DNA of 64,000 bases from Camelus ferus (taxonomy: Eukaryota): positions 64,420,001 through 64,484,000 of the forward strand of contig NC_045697.1 in assembly GCF_009834535.1 (NCBI RefSeq). The letters run 5' to 3'. Both the position numbers and the translations under genes were made by a program. Numbering within the stretch: the stretch's first letter is position 1; each line of letters starts with the position of its first letter. The notes under the pieces were generated by a model, which did not search any database, was not told the DNA's origin, and was given only the letters and a program-made list of their open reading frames with translations. Positions 29,046 to 41,560 of this stretch are shown here, one piece after another.

Positions 29046-29805
29046 CACTATATACAATAGCCAAGACATGGAAACAACCTAAATGTCCATCAACAGATGA
29101 CTGGATAAAGAAGTTGTGTATATTTATATAATGGAATACTACTCAGCCATAAAAAAAGAATAAAATGACATTTGCAGCAACATGGATGGACCTAGAGATC
29201 GTCATGCTAAGTGAAGTATGCCAGAAAGAGAAGAAAAACACCATATGATATCACTCATATGTGGAATCTAAAAAAAAAAAAAAAAAGAAATGGAAAGGAA
29301 AAAAGCATACTATGAACTCATCTACAAAAAAGAAACAGATTTGCAGACATAGTAAACAATCTTATGGTTACTGGGGAAAGGGGGTGGGAAGGGACAAATT
29401 TGAGAGTTTGAGATTTACAAATGTTAGCCACTATATATAAAAATAGATTTTAAAATTTTCTTCTATATAGCACAGGAAAGTAATGTTACCAGGAAAAGGG
29501 AAATAAGAATTACCGTGGTTCTTAGTCACCTGAAAAAAAAAAAGAAATTTTAACAAGAGACAGAAAGCATGATATAAGCAAGATTTTTATTAATAAAGTA
29601 AAAAAAGTAGTAAAAGATAGTACACTCCTGAGAATTGGGAGTGGCCCAACCCAAGAGAGGAAAAATGAGAACTATGTTCAATATTGTAATAACTTTTAAT
29701 GAAAAATAATAGGAAACAAATATATGTATGTATATGCATGACTAGGACATTGTGCTGTACACCAGAAATTGATACATTATAACTGACTGTACTTCAATTT
29801 AAAAA
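29046..29805 (+). mobile_element. Young 5'-truncated lineage-specific LINE-1 (ORF2 end plus 3' UTR) with 14-bp TSD, inserted in an older L1 ORF2 remnant (about 28730-30050)
   Basis: Encodes ...LYTIAKTWKQPKCPSTDDWIKK..., has an A-tail, and is flanked by a perfect TSD AAGAATTTGCTGTG at 29032-29045 and 29806-29819. Confidence 0.93.
29484..29667 (-). mobile_element. R-U5 fragment of an ERV LTR, same family as the LTR at 35948-37050
   Basis: The reverse complement aligns to 36388-36565 plus 37042-37050, with roughly 20 differences, many at CpGs. It ends in the LTR terminus ggtaaca. Confidence 0.9.
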
Positions 29806-30276
29806 AAGAATTTGCTGTGTAATAAAGGTGGCATTTCAAATCATTGAGGAAAACTTTGATTATTCACGAAATGGCTATCTGTTTGAGAGCAAAGAAAAAA
29901 GTATGATTTCTATATTATAATACACACAAAAATAAATTTCAGTGAGATTATATATAGGAATAAACTATGAAGTTTTAAAGATCTAGTAGAATATTTTTCT
30001 AATTTTAAGATAAGGAGCATATTTAAATACTTCACAAAGCCCAAGGAAAAGTAAATACATAAATAGGACTAAGTAACATTTTTAAACCTGTTCCTATTGT
30101 GTAAGACTCTGTAAAAAAAACTAAATAGACTAAGAACTTATGTGAATCATTTTAAAGTAACTTGAGCTGTTACCTAGTACAGTAGTACTAACTGCAATTG
30201 TGCAATAGTTTTAGAGAGCTCCTTGCTAGAATGTATGAAGAACTCTGAACTTCTGCCAGCCTTTATACTGAATGCT

Positions 30277-30651
30277 GTGGCACCACCCCCTTAGGAAAGA
30301 ACTTGCACTCCCGCTCTTCCTGGAGTGCTGCCAGCAGACAGCCCTCTTTGGGATAAACTGTTGAATAAACCTACTTGCCTAAATTCTCACTCTCCTCTTG
30401 GGCACCCTGCATCCAACAACTTAGTCAATGCTTTGATATAGAGGCCTGGCAACTCACTCCTACTCAGAACAATCTGGAGGGCAATATGACATTCACAATT
30501 GACAAGTTGCCTGAACCATTCTGAGAAGGGATCACAACCCAATTTTTCCCTTTTCCTAATTCATTCAGCTCCCTTTCCTACCCTCACAGGGAAATCTCCC
30601 AGACAGCAATCTGTCTCAAAGTAAACTTTCTGGGAAAACTGATCAGCAACA
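30277..30651 (+). mobile_element. ERVL solo LTR (LTR33-like)
   Basis: tgtggcacc...ggagtgctgccagcagacagccctc...ctgcatccaa...tctcaaagt...ctgggaaaac...gcaaca. Confidence 0.7.
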
Positions 30652-31139
30652 CCCTTTGATTCATTCATTCTAAGTAGAAAATAAACAAACCAGCTACAAG
30701 GAAAAATAAAACAAGACATGGGTTTCTTGAGGGATTGCTTACGATAACAAAAAGTTTGAAAACATCTAAACATTCTAAGAGGCTATATGTTTTATATGTA
30801 TATACATATGTATGCATGTATCATTGTACCAGTATATATCATATCTATTACATAACATTTAAAGTTTACCTGCAAGTAGTTTGTGACAACAGGAAACTTT
30901 TCTCTCACAATGTTATTTGGAAAAAATAAGTAATAAAATCATTTATGTAGTGTGATTCCTATTATGCAAACACATGCATGGGAATAAAGGTAATAAATAT
31001 ATGTTAATTTTACTCTTTCTATATTTTTTAATTCTCCATATTTTCAGAAATTTCATATAATAATTGGGAAAATACTTTTTATTTTTTATAAATTTTCAAA
31101 CATTGACTAGGAAATATAATTGTAATTAGTTCCAATTTT

Positions 31140-31795
31140 TCTTTTTTGTTTGTGTGCTTTTTATTGAAGTATGGTCAGTTTACAATGTTGTGTGGTATAT
31201 ATATGCGATGGAATGCTACTCAGTCATCATAAAAAAGAATGAAATAATGCCATTTGCAGCAACATGGATGGAGCTAGAGATTATCGTATTGAGTGAAGTA
31301 AGTCAGACAAAGACAAATATCGTAAGATATCACTTATATGTGGAATCTAAAAAAAAAAGATAGAAATTCTATTTATACACCAAAAACAGACTCACAGACA
31401 TAGAAAACAAACTATGGTTACCAAAGGGGACAGGGTGGGGAGGGATAAATTAAAGGTTGGGGATTAACAGATACTCATTACTATATATAAAACAGATAAA
31501 CAACAAGAACCTACTGTATAGCACAGAGAATTATATTCAACTTCTTATAACATATAATGGAAAAGAATCTAAAAAGAAAAATATGTATGTATATGCATGC
31601 ACAACTGAATCACTTTGCTGTACACCTGAAACTAATATTGTAAATCAACTATACTTCAATAAAAATCTTTTTTTAAAAAAGAAGTATGGTCAGTTTACAA
31701 TGTTGTGTCAATTTCTGGTGTACAGCATAATGTTTCAGTCATACATGTACATACATATATTCCTTTTCATATTCTTTTTCATTATATGTAATTAC
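31140..31795 (-). mobile_element. Short antisense L1 3' tail, host of the 31194-31680 insertion
   Basis: With the insert removed it reads ttttattgaagtatggtcagtttacaatgttgtgtcaatttctggtgtacagca..., the reverse complement of the 3' end type seen at 29750-29800 and 47215-47270. Confidence 0.85.
31194..31680 (+). mobile_element. 5'-truncated LINE-1 (ORF2 C-terminus plus 3' UTR) flanked by a 28-bp direct repeat
   Basis: ORF 31154..31363 contains [38 protein letters not shown], the ORF2p C-terminus. AATAAA at about 31658. Identical 28-mers at 31166-31193 and 31681-31708. Confidence 0.93.
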
Positions 31796-32421
31796 CTCCA
31801 ATTTTTAAAGAAAGAATTTAAAACTGAGTATGAATTTGAAATTAATTAAAGCAAAATCATGTCCCAGTTCACATAACTAATATCTGCAGCAAACAGGAAT
31901 TAAACTAAACCTAATTTGAAGCATTGGCTTCAAATCCAATATTCATTGACTTTAGCATGACTTAATCTTCAATATTATACAATAAACATGATCTATCCTT
32001 AAGAAGTTATAATATATATGCATATAAACTCAGGATTTTATAGTCAACATAGATATAGCCTGAGTTGTATAAGATCTAAAAGTTAACAAAAATACTACAC
32101 AGATTTAAAGATATCTATTAAATATATGGCCCTTTTCCAGCAGAATATTATTGTCTTATGTTTAATCTGGAGTACCTTGTGCAGTGGAACAGCATACAGC
32201 AGGTTCTGAAAGATTCTCATTTTAAAGTAAATTCTATAACTGAGAAGTCTGACATTTTAACTTTTTATTTTGAAATAATTCTATCTTCAGAGTCACAAGG
32301 GTTGTAGAGAAATTTCCTATAGTCCTTTCTCCCAGCTCCCCCATGTTCATGGGTTACATAATGATAGTAAAATTATTAGAACCAAGAAATTAACATTGAC
32401 ACAGTACTATTAACTAAACTG

Positions 32422-33699
32422 CAATCGTCCCTCTTTACCTACAGCTGATAAATTCCTAGACCCTCAGTGGATGCCTGGAACCACACGTAGTGCTGAACCC
32501 TCCATATAGTGAAGCCCGGCAGGATCCTGTGGGTCCTTCCAGGGTCAGACCCCTCCCCCATGTCCTCTGCTGCAGGTCCTCCCTGAAGTACTCAGATGAT
32601 AGTATCTCATACATATTTCCTGAGTTTTTCAGATGCTTAAAACCACCACCAAAGGAAGAAATTAACTATTTGATAATCTAGAGCACGCAACCCCCAGCCT
32701 AGGGGTTGATAGTGTTAACCACCCTGCTACCTCCACATCAACCAACCAGAGAATTGTGCATGAGCTGATCACGTACTCCGTGGCCCTCTCCCTCACCTGG
32801 CCTTTAAATATGCTTTGCTGAAACCCTTTGGGGAGTTCGGGGGTTTTCTTGGGCATAAGCCACTCCACCCGCCTTGCCTGGCCCTGCAGTAAACCTTTCT
32901 CTACTCCAAATTTTGATATTTCGATTTGTTTGGCCTCATGGTGCGGTAGGCATACGAACTTGCCTTCAGTAACATATACATGTTTTTTCTTGGCATACAT
33001 ACCTATGATAAAGTTTAATTTATAAATCAGGCACAGTAAAAGATTACCAACAACTAACAATACAATAGAATTATAACAGTATACTATAATAAAGGTTATG
33101 TGAATGTATTCTCTTTCTCTCTCAAAATATTTTATTATACAAATTTAATGCCATTTCCGTGTTAACTAGGCACTCACGCATTGTGGCCATAACTTTTGCA
33201 ATTTGAGGTGCAATAGTAAAACTACCATGAATTTCTCTCTCCACAATTTCACCGACAGAAGATTCGTTCTTACCTTAGATTTTAGCAACCCCGGCATACG
33301 GTATTTTTTCTTTTCTAATTAAGTTGTAAATTTTCACCTTTACATATAAAGGAAGCACTTAATGGCTTCTCCAAGTTACCAGTATCACTACTTTTGCACT
33401 TTGGGACCATTATTAAGTAAAATAAGAGTTACCTGAACACAACCACTGCGTTACAGAAACGGTGACTCTGGCAGCCAAGATGGCTGCTAAGTGCCGGAGG
33501 GCGGTTGCGCGGACTGAGGGATGATTCTCGCCCTGGGTGGGATGGCGCGAGATTTCAGCGTGCCATGCAGAATGGCAGGCAATTTAGAACTTAAGAATTG
33601 TTTACTTCTGGAATGTTACCATTTAATATTTTCAAACCACTGTTGACAGCGGCGAACTGAAACCACAGAAAGTGAAACTAGAATAAGTGAAGAATACTG
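32422..33699. mobile_element. MER44 (Tigger7-derived TcMar MITE), interrupted by an ERV LTR
   Basis: Decayed TIRs caatcgtccctctttacc and gaataagtgaagaatactg followed by TA. Diagnostic internal sequence acatacctatgataaagtttaatttataaatcaggcacagtaa. Confidence 0.88.
32507..32974 (+). mobile_element. ERV1-like solo LTR inside MER44
   Basis: Ends in ...cagtaaca. TATA-like tttaaa at about 32803 and poly(A)-like agtaaa at about 32888. Flanks cata/tata. MER44 rejoins across it. Confidence 0.8.
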
Positions 33700-34681
33700 T
33701 AAACACAGATTTTATTCTGATTTCACTAGTTTTTCATTAATATCTTTTTTCTATTCAAGGAATCAACTGAGGATCCTATATTACATTTCCTTGTGGTGTC
33801 TTCGTGCTCTCCTCCAATATGTGACAATTTTCTGATGTTTTCTTGAGATTAAATTGAGGTTATGGATTTGGAAAAAGAACACCACAGCTGTGAGGTACAC
33901 TCAGTGCACTGAAGTTAATATGGCATGACCATAATATGCTTTATTACTGGTGATGTTAACCTAAATTACTTGGTTGAGATGGCATCTGTCAGATGTCTTC
34001 ATAGTAAAGTTACGGTTTAATTCTTTGTAAATAATATTTATTGGGGGAGATAAATCTTGAGACTATGAATATATCCTCTTTCTCAAACGTATTATTTCTC
34101 CTTAATTTTCACAATGGTCTGCATTTCACATCTACGGTAATTAGCACTGTGGTGTTTTAATGTTTTTCTATTTCCCTTGTTTCCTCTAAATTCATCAGTT
34201 GGGAATCTTACATAAGGAAGAGTTATCCCATCTCTATCATTTGATCATTTACTTATATTAGTTTGGACATACGAATATTTAATTTATTCTTTGTGTTTTA
34301 ATTCAACATTATCATTATATTTTTGCTGATCAAATTGTTTCAGATTTGGACACTGGGGCTATTTCAGGTCGGCTCTTTGGTCTTTTCAATAAACTCCATT
34401 CTTTTTTTATTGCTTACTTTTTGAAATTAAAGCTCCAGACAACTTACATTTTTCTTGTATAATCCCTAGAATTAACAGTTCTCTAAGAAGCCCTCAGGTT
34501 TGTTTGTTTGTTTTGGGGTTTTTTTTTTGTTGTTTTTTTGTTTTTTTTTTTAAGAATATTATTTAGAAAGCAAGATCTGGGCGCTAAGTTTTTTCATTGC
34601 TCCTGGCGTGTCACTCTGTGTAGTGACAGAACTAGAAAATATATTTAAATATGTATAATAGCCCACGTATTTACATGTCTA

Positions 34682-34684
<3 letters not shown>

Positions 34685-34718
<34 letters not shown>
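34685..34718. repeat. (TG)n microsatellite
   Basis: Directly visible. Confidence 0.97.
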
Positions 34719-34722
<4 letters not shown>

Positions 34723-35947
34723 CATTTTTTTTTCATGCTGGTATCTCTGACTCCCCTTCAGGACCACAGGTTTCTTTCTGTTTCCTCTTTGCTTATTTAT
34801 AGCATATCTTTAACAATTTTCCTAATCCATAATAAATTTGCTCATTTATTCAATTGAAGTAGAAATATAAAAGTTTCATAATTTCTAACCACATACCCTG
34901 TGAAAAGTAGCTTTTTCAATTAGAGTGTAGTGTTTGTATACAGTTATTTTTTGTTTCTGGGCTCATAATATCCAGTGAAAACAATGTTTTCTAAAGTTAC
35001 TTAGGCCAGCTCCTTTGCTCATTTGTGTGGCTAAGTAGAGTTCGACTGTACCAACATTTACCAATTAACCTGCTCAAACACATCAGGGTTCCTTCCAGAT
35101 TTTAGCAATTATCCATAAAGCTACTTACTACAAGGCTTTTGTCTGGAGATAATAAGTTCTGAATTCACATGGGCAAAAAATAAGTGGATTGCTTAGTCAT
35201 TGGTAAGTATGTGTTTAACTTTATAAGAACCAGCCAAACTATTTTCTCCCAGTGGCTGTACATTCCCACCATCAATGTATGACCATTCTAGTGGCTCTGG
35301 ATATTCATCAGCTCCTGGAATTGTAAGATTTGGAGGGGTGTTTTTGTTTTTATTTTTGATGTTGTTGTCATTCTAATAGCATTGTAGTAATAACGCATTG
35401 TGGTTTTACTGTTTTTCTGATGACTAATAATATTGTATATCTTTTCAAATACCCAAATGTCATCTTCACTGAAGTGTCTTCATTCTCATAAAGGTATCTT
35501 TTTTAGAGTAAATGTTTTCAATTTGTATATTCTAATTTATGTTTTTAGTGACAGATTTTTCTTTTATCTTACCAAGAAATATTTACCAAACACAAGATCA
35601 CAGAGATATTCATTTGAAGTTATTTTTCAATTTAAATGCATATTTAAAGGATTTTGTTTTTGTTTTGCATATGGATGCCAACTCTATTATCACCATTTGT
35701 TGAAAAGAGAATCCCTGTCTCTGACTCAGAAATCTTGTATCTTCTGCCAGCACTTACGAACCTTGACAGGCTAATTTATTAGCCTACGAGTAGGGTAAAA
35801 TACCAAACCCTTCATGGTTTTTTGACCACAAAGAATTTTTATGCTCGAAGTGGGCATGCCTCTCCTTCTACTAGACCTTCAGTAAACAAGATTGAGTAAT
35901 GTAATTAGGACTTGAACTGGGTTTCAAGTTTGTTGTTGCTATGGATT

Positions 35948-37050
35948 TGTTAGGCAGTTAGATAGAAATGAGCCCTGGGCAGGGAAGAGGACGAGGAAAG
36001 GAATAACCCAGAAAATAACAGTACCTCTGCACTCAGGATAAGGGACTCCAGAAACTTTTACTTTCTCTAAATGAGGGCCGGCAAAAGAAACCAGCTAAAA
36101 TCAAAAGGCTGCAGCTGAGCATGAGAGAAGGACCTGGCGTAACTTGACCCAATGCTTATTATAATGTAATTAAAATTACAGTTTGAGCCCCTCCCATAGG
36201 TTTCTATGTGTGCTTCAAGGGTAAACACCTGCCCAAAAGGGGATGGGCGTGCCAGAGCACAGCTGTCAGTCAACTTGAGCACAAGAAACCTGAGCTGTCA
36301 ATCACCCTGATCACTCAAAGAATGTTAATCAATCAATCAATCACAAAAAAGCCAGGATATAAAATGGGGAAAACAAAGGAGCAGCACCATTTTTCCTCTC
36401 TTGGATCGGCCCGTTCCCAATTCTTGGGAGTGTACTATCTTTTACTACCTTTTTACTTTACCAATAAAAATCTTGCTTATATCACACTTTCTGTCACTCG
36501 TTAAAAATTCTTTTTTTTTTTCGGGTGACTAAGAACCGAGGGAATTCTTATTTCCCTTTTCCCGCTGTCAACTGAAATAAATGCGCAGCCTAACAGTTAA
36601 GAGTTGTTTTATTTGGCGGGAGGACTCAAGCCGGGATGACAGCCTCTCAGATCGCTCTGAGGGACTGCTGCAAAGAGGTAGGGGAGGAGCTAAGATGTAT
36701 AGGAGCTTTACAACAAAGACCAGGTAGTTGGGACAATAAAAGGTTGCTTGTTCTCTAAAGAAAACCAGGCATCTCAAGTTAAAGAATTTAGTGACTTTCT
36801 ATGTATGGGAGGAAGCAAACATTTGGGCTCATTGAATTCATTCCTTTGACAAGCACCTAGCTATCTAGGGCCAGTATCTTGTCCTTTATTATTCTGAGTA
36901 CCCTCAGAGTGCACCATTGTGAGTGGCTACAGAGGCTGGGCTGCAGGCTTGTCTTCACTGGGGGTGGCAGCAGCCACTGATGACTTGATGGTTTCAACAT
37001 TCTTTGTTTACTGATTTGGTTTGCAGTATTTTTCATTCACACTGGTAACA
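35948..37050 (+). mobile_element. ERV solo LTR (outer), interrupted near its 3' end
   Basis: Starts tgttaggcag and ends ctggtaaca. TATAAAA at 36358-36364, Inr CCATTTT at 36387-36393, AATAAA at 36463-36468. Flanks gatt/gttt. Confidence 0.88.
36566..37041 (-). mobile_element. ERV1 solo LTR (MER41-like), nested and antisense
   Basis: The reverse complement reads tgtgaatgaaaaatac...AATAAAacaactc...gctgcgcatttatttcagttgaca, with TG...CA ends and a MER41-type terminus. Confidence 0.8.
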
Positions 37051-40000
37051 GTTTCAGTATACCATAGCCTTTCAACTCCTTGAAGGATAACTTTGTTTAT
37101 TATAAAAATTGATTTGCCTGAGTTTTTCCCCCCATATCTGCTCCACTCTGAGCTTTTGGCCATCCTTTTGTGCTGCACCGCAGAAATGGTCCATTTCCTG
37201 CAAGTAACTCTTTATTCAAATGACACTCGTTAACCTAGTGGTGGGGGTGGGAACAATCTATGTTGTTCTGGTTAAGTTTAATTATTAAGTAGGCAAAGTA
37301 GCCCTGGTTCTCCAGGTTGGGAGCTACTTAATGTCCTTCCCTCTCCCAGTGCAGTTTTAAGCCCAGCATTTATTTCCCAGGTGCGGAGGGCTCCTTTCCC
37401 TCCCTAGCTGCAATGACTTTTTACTGTTGCCTCGAGGTGAGAGATTATTGCCCTTATACTACAGATCAAAGCTTCATTTTCTTAGAGGAAATTAGCAGGA
37501 AGGGTCTCAGAGTTTCTTACTGCTCCTACTTTGTTTTCCCTTTTTATCTTCTCTGTTCTCTCCTCCTTCTGCTTTCCATACTGAAGAATTTCTTTGGTTT
37601 CTCCCAACCATTTTGTTGAGTATTAGTTACAGTTTGTATACACCTGGCCTCCAGCCATTTGCCAATCACCCTATCTTTTTTAAATAGGTTCCAAAGCAGC
37701 TTGCCCAGATAATCAAATGTTTTGGTTTTTTCTCACATGTTCAAACGACCTTCTCTGATTTTAAGCCCTGCAGCCTCCGTACTCTGATGTATTCAAAGAG
37801 TTGTGAATTTCCTGTTATTTTTGTTGCTGTTGCAAAGGTTGAGAAAAGACCTTTGCAGTTTTTCTGGAGTCTTTCCAGTTCTCTACATCTAGGCAGAAAC
37901 TGAGTCAATTTAATTTTTTTTAATTTGGTTTCAAAAAGCAACTGACTAGAAATCTGTAACCCTTTTTACTTTGAGAGACTCCCAAGAATAATTTAAATTG
38001 TAAATTATAATAATTTTCCTTAATAATTAAAAGTTAGCCAGGGCTCTGTTGAGTCACTCAAACACATAAAGGCATGAGGCCTAATGACTCCTTGGAGCAT
38101 CACAGCCTTGAACAATTTGATCAGTTTTTCTGTGACGCTGTGACTGGATTTGCAAAGTAATAGTAAGAAATTTTCCATCTAGCGCCAGCAATATGGTGAG
38201 GACTTAAGAACCAAAAATATTTTGATATCTTCAAAAGATAATAAAACAGTTTGTACAAAAATAATTGCTTTTCTTTCCTATGATTAACTGAGTTGTCATG
38301 GCAGTTCTATCTAGTATAATGGATGCCATGACTATCTAAACTAGAACAACAAAACTGAGGACAAAGAGCAGAGTCTATCCAAAAAACTACATTAAATAAC
38401 ACTGTTTAAAATGTTAAATCACTGTACTTTTTAAAAATAAAAGTATTTTTGACCCTGAAAGTCAATTTAGTTTTGAAAAATAGGATAATGATTTAAATAT
38501 TATGGGGGGAGGGGTCATGAATATGGAATGTAAATTATAAACAAAATTAACTAATAAAAATGCTTGAGAGATTACCTATGCCTTCAAATTCTCTGTGGAA
38601 TATCAGTGGTAAACCACTAGAATTTCCTTTCCTTTAACACTCTGCATATTTATTTGACAGACCTCATCCCTAGCAGGGTAAAAATCACATGCTAATGACA
38701 TTTATAAGATGAAATGGGATCATCAAAGTTACAAAGAAGCTGACTAAACAACAAATTTGAAAATTGTTTGGCAGCAAAGGATAAGAGGGCTTAAGGACTC
38801 ATTAGAAGAGAAACTTAAGGATGAGCAGGAGGATAATAATAATTACAATTTAATCCTGGATAATAATGCAAAGGTTAGAAGTCATATACAGTAACTTGCA
38901 GTGTATTATTTTAATGTTTCATTACTGTGATAAAGGATCTGACATAAAGATTGATTTGATGCAGGTCACCCCATCAGCTCTTCTGTCTTAGTGGATAAAT
39001 CTCTTTGGGCAGGTAAGGTTGCAGCTTGCCTGACTCTGACCTGTTATTTGGAGAAAAACTGTCCTGTACCAGATTTCATTCTGCTTACTGCTGTGACTTA
39101 AAAATACTTTGATTTTCAAAAACTTTAACTTTGAAGATTAGAATTTATATGAAACAAGGGATTATTACATTGAATAAATTCCAAAGCTCTAGATACTCAA
39201 ACCTGTACCTATAGATTTACTATGTAGAGTTATTGTATAGGAACATGAAAACTAATTTGTTCTCACAATTAAAGTAATGGACTATATTATGAATTGAGAC
39301 CAATGACCTAAAATCATGTTGTGACTTTGAATAATTTATTTTTAATAAAGATATATTTGAAATAACAAATTTTTTTATCACTACTTTTTAGCAATAAGTA
39401 AATTTTCAATCCTGATATTCAAGATGTTTGAAGAATCTGGGTTCAATGCTTTTCCCAGGTTCAATTTCACCCTACTTCCTTCAACAAAAGTCTACAGCAG
39501 AAAAAACCCTGAGTACTAGTTATTCCTCATAATTTTACTTGGCTTTCCTTTTTATATTACATTTTGCTTTTATAAAATAATATATGAACAAATTAGAAGT
39601 CCAAGGGCAGTAATACGATTAAAATAAAATACATCAGTTCCTGCCCTATTTTTCTACCTTATAAATAAATAGACTACAACTTACAGTATTTGAAATATTT
39701 TCTTCTGATGTTTAACAAATATATTATTATGCAGCTGTGTTTTGATTTCTTGATCTTAAATAGTATCCACTGACTTTATGTTTTAACAGTTGAAGATTTA
39801 ACTCTCTTACATCTCTACCTTAGCCTTTGCCTAATCCTCACCTCACCCAGTAGGGATCAAAACTTTTGGTTAGGTTATTGGTTAATTACCATAAAATATT
39901 GCTTATTTCTACTATGCCTAATGAGAAAAATTATTACTCTTGTTTTTCTCATTTTTATGAGTCCAATCTACCAATCTAAACTGAATCACTTATTGTCTTT

Positions 40001-40554
40001 TATTATTTTGACTTTATATTTCTCCTTGCTACAATCTTTTTCCACTTTATTAGAAAGTTATCAGTGAAAAAGTCAGCTCAGAATAATCGCCCCATTCTCT
40101 GAAAGTTACAGTGCATAACATTCTTTGACCATATTCCTATCTGATACTTAAGAGGTGATACTATTCATTATTTCTTGATTGTTTATTTTTATTAGACAAA
40201 CTGGAAGCAGATGTCAGATACTTGCTCTGACAATTTCCCTAGTTAGTCGTTTATGTAGTTTATTAATCTACTAATTGGAAGGTCTATCTTTGAGTATATC
40301 TGGTTTTACATGATCAAAATGTCTAATGTTACAAAAAGTTCTAACAAATGCTTTTACAATTATTACTTATAGCATAATAAATTGTTATCAAAATATCATG
40401 AAAACCTACTACATATATACATATCTATATTTCAAAATACTGTTAAACAATTTAAACAAACACGCATAGAAACAGGATAAACAGATGTATTAAAGAATCT
40501 GAAATAGTTTTTTCATGTTTGATAGAGAAAATATGTAATCTAATTAATTCTAGT

Positions 40555-40903
40555 TGTCTTAATTAGTCAGGGCTACTATATAAAGAATCATAGCAGGATA
40601 ACTTACAAGCAAGAGAAATTTACTTCTCACTGTTCTGGCGGCTCGGAGTCCCAGATCAGGATATCAGAATGGTTGAGTTCTGATGTAGACTACCAAATTC
40701 TCATCGTATCCTCACAGGGCAATGGGCAGAGAGAAGGGAAGCAAGCATTCTCGTAACTACTAACACTTTTATGACTAATTCTGTTCATGGCCTCCTCTAA
40801 TCCTAATCACCTCCCATAGGCCCCATCTCCTAATACCATCACATTGAAGGGTAGGGTTTCAACATGTGAACTTTCAGGGGACACAAACTTTCAGTCCATA
40901 ACA
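40555..40903 (-). mobile_element. MaLR solo LTR (MLT1A0-like)
   Basis: tgtcttaattagtcagggct...gacacaaactttcagtccataaca. TSD ctagt/caagt (4/5). Confidence 0.88.
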
Positions 40904-41560
40904 CAAGTATTTCCTCTGAGAATTGTTAATAAATATTAAGACTGTGATATCCTTTGTATTATGATTTCCCTTCTTTGTGACTTTCATTTTGGCTTGTTTA
41001 ATGCCTTTTTCTCTTGCAGAAATGGGTACTTTAATCTCTGAATACTGGCATTATGTGTCCATGTGTATTCATTTAAATAAGGACACGTTAAGTTTCTGGA
41101 AGACCAAATTTCTTTTTATGAAGAGATATAACCATGAAAATCTCCCCTTTTTTAAAACTAGATATATATACAATATGAAAAGTGCAATCATTTCATGTCA
41201 GCTTCAACAGTGGCTTCTGTTCAAATTTTGCCATATTTTAAATCGATCACAAAACTTGTACAATCAACGTTATAATGTATATTTGAATTATACCAGAGAG
41301 TTGGTTTTGATCCTGAAATATGTAATCCAAATTTAAAATCTAAGCGGATCTGTAATAATCCTGGCTTTGTGTATGTCTACATACATCTAACTTATATTGT
41401 TTAATTGTTAAAAATGTAAATGAAGGTGAAAACACTAAAGCAATTTATGCATATGTTAACTTTACACTATATATATATAATTTACTCATAGGTTAAATAT
41501 AGAGAATGCCTATAGCACACCAGACACTATTTCATTTACTCCTGTCAACAACCCTATAAG

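Larger units (their letters stand above)
32255..35010 (-). mobile_element. Old LINE-1 3' region (L1MC4-like), interrupted by MER44
   Basis: ttttattttgaaataatt...accaagaaattaacattgac...tattaactaaact, resuming at about 33702 with cagattttattctgatttcactag...actttgagactatg-like motifs. Confidence 0.75.
35040..37860 (-). mobile_element. Decayed LINE-1 pieces (ORF2 end to about 35720; probable 5' region beyond), host of nested LTRs
   Basis: ggtaagtatgtgtttaactttataagaa...cattcccaccatcaatgtatga; catatggatgccaact...caccatttgttgaaaaga. The part after 35780 is less certain. Confidence 0.6.

Noticed and set aside
31154..31849. ORFs of 69 and 130 aa
   Set aside because: L1 ORF2 tail and 3' UTR; not host genes.
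32662..33060. 132-aa minus-strand ORF
   Set aside because: Spans the LTR/MER44 junction; no domain recognised.
33480..33570. Local CpG cluster
   Set aside because: Internal to MER44 and too short for an island.
40977..41336. 119-aa ORF with an acceptor-like site at about 41019
   Set aside because: AT-rich random-looking peptide with no convincing donor.
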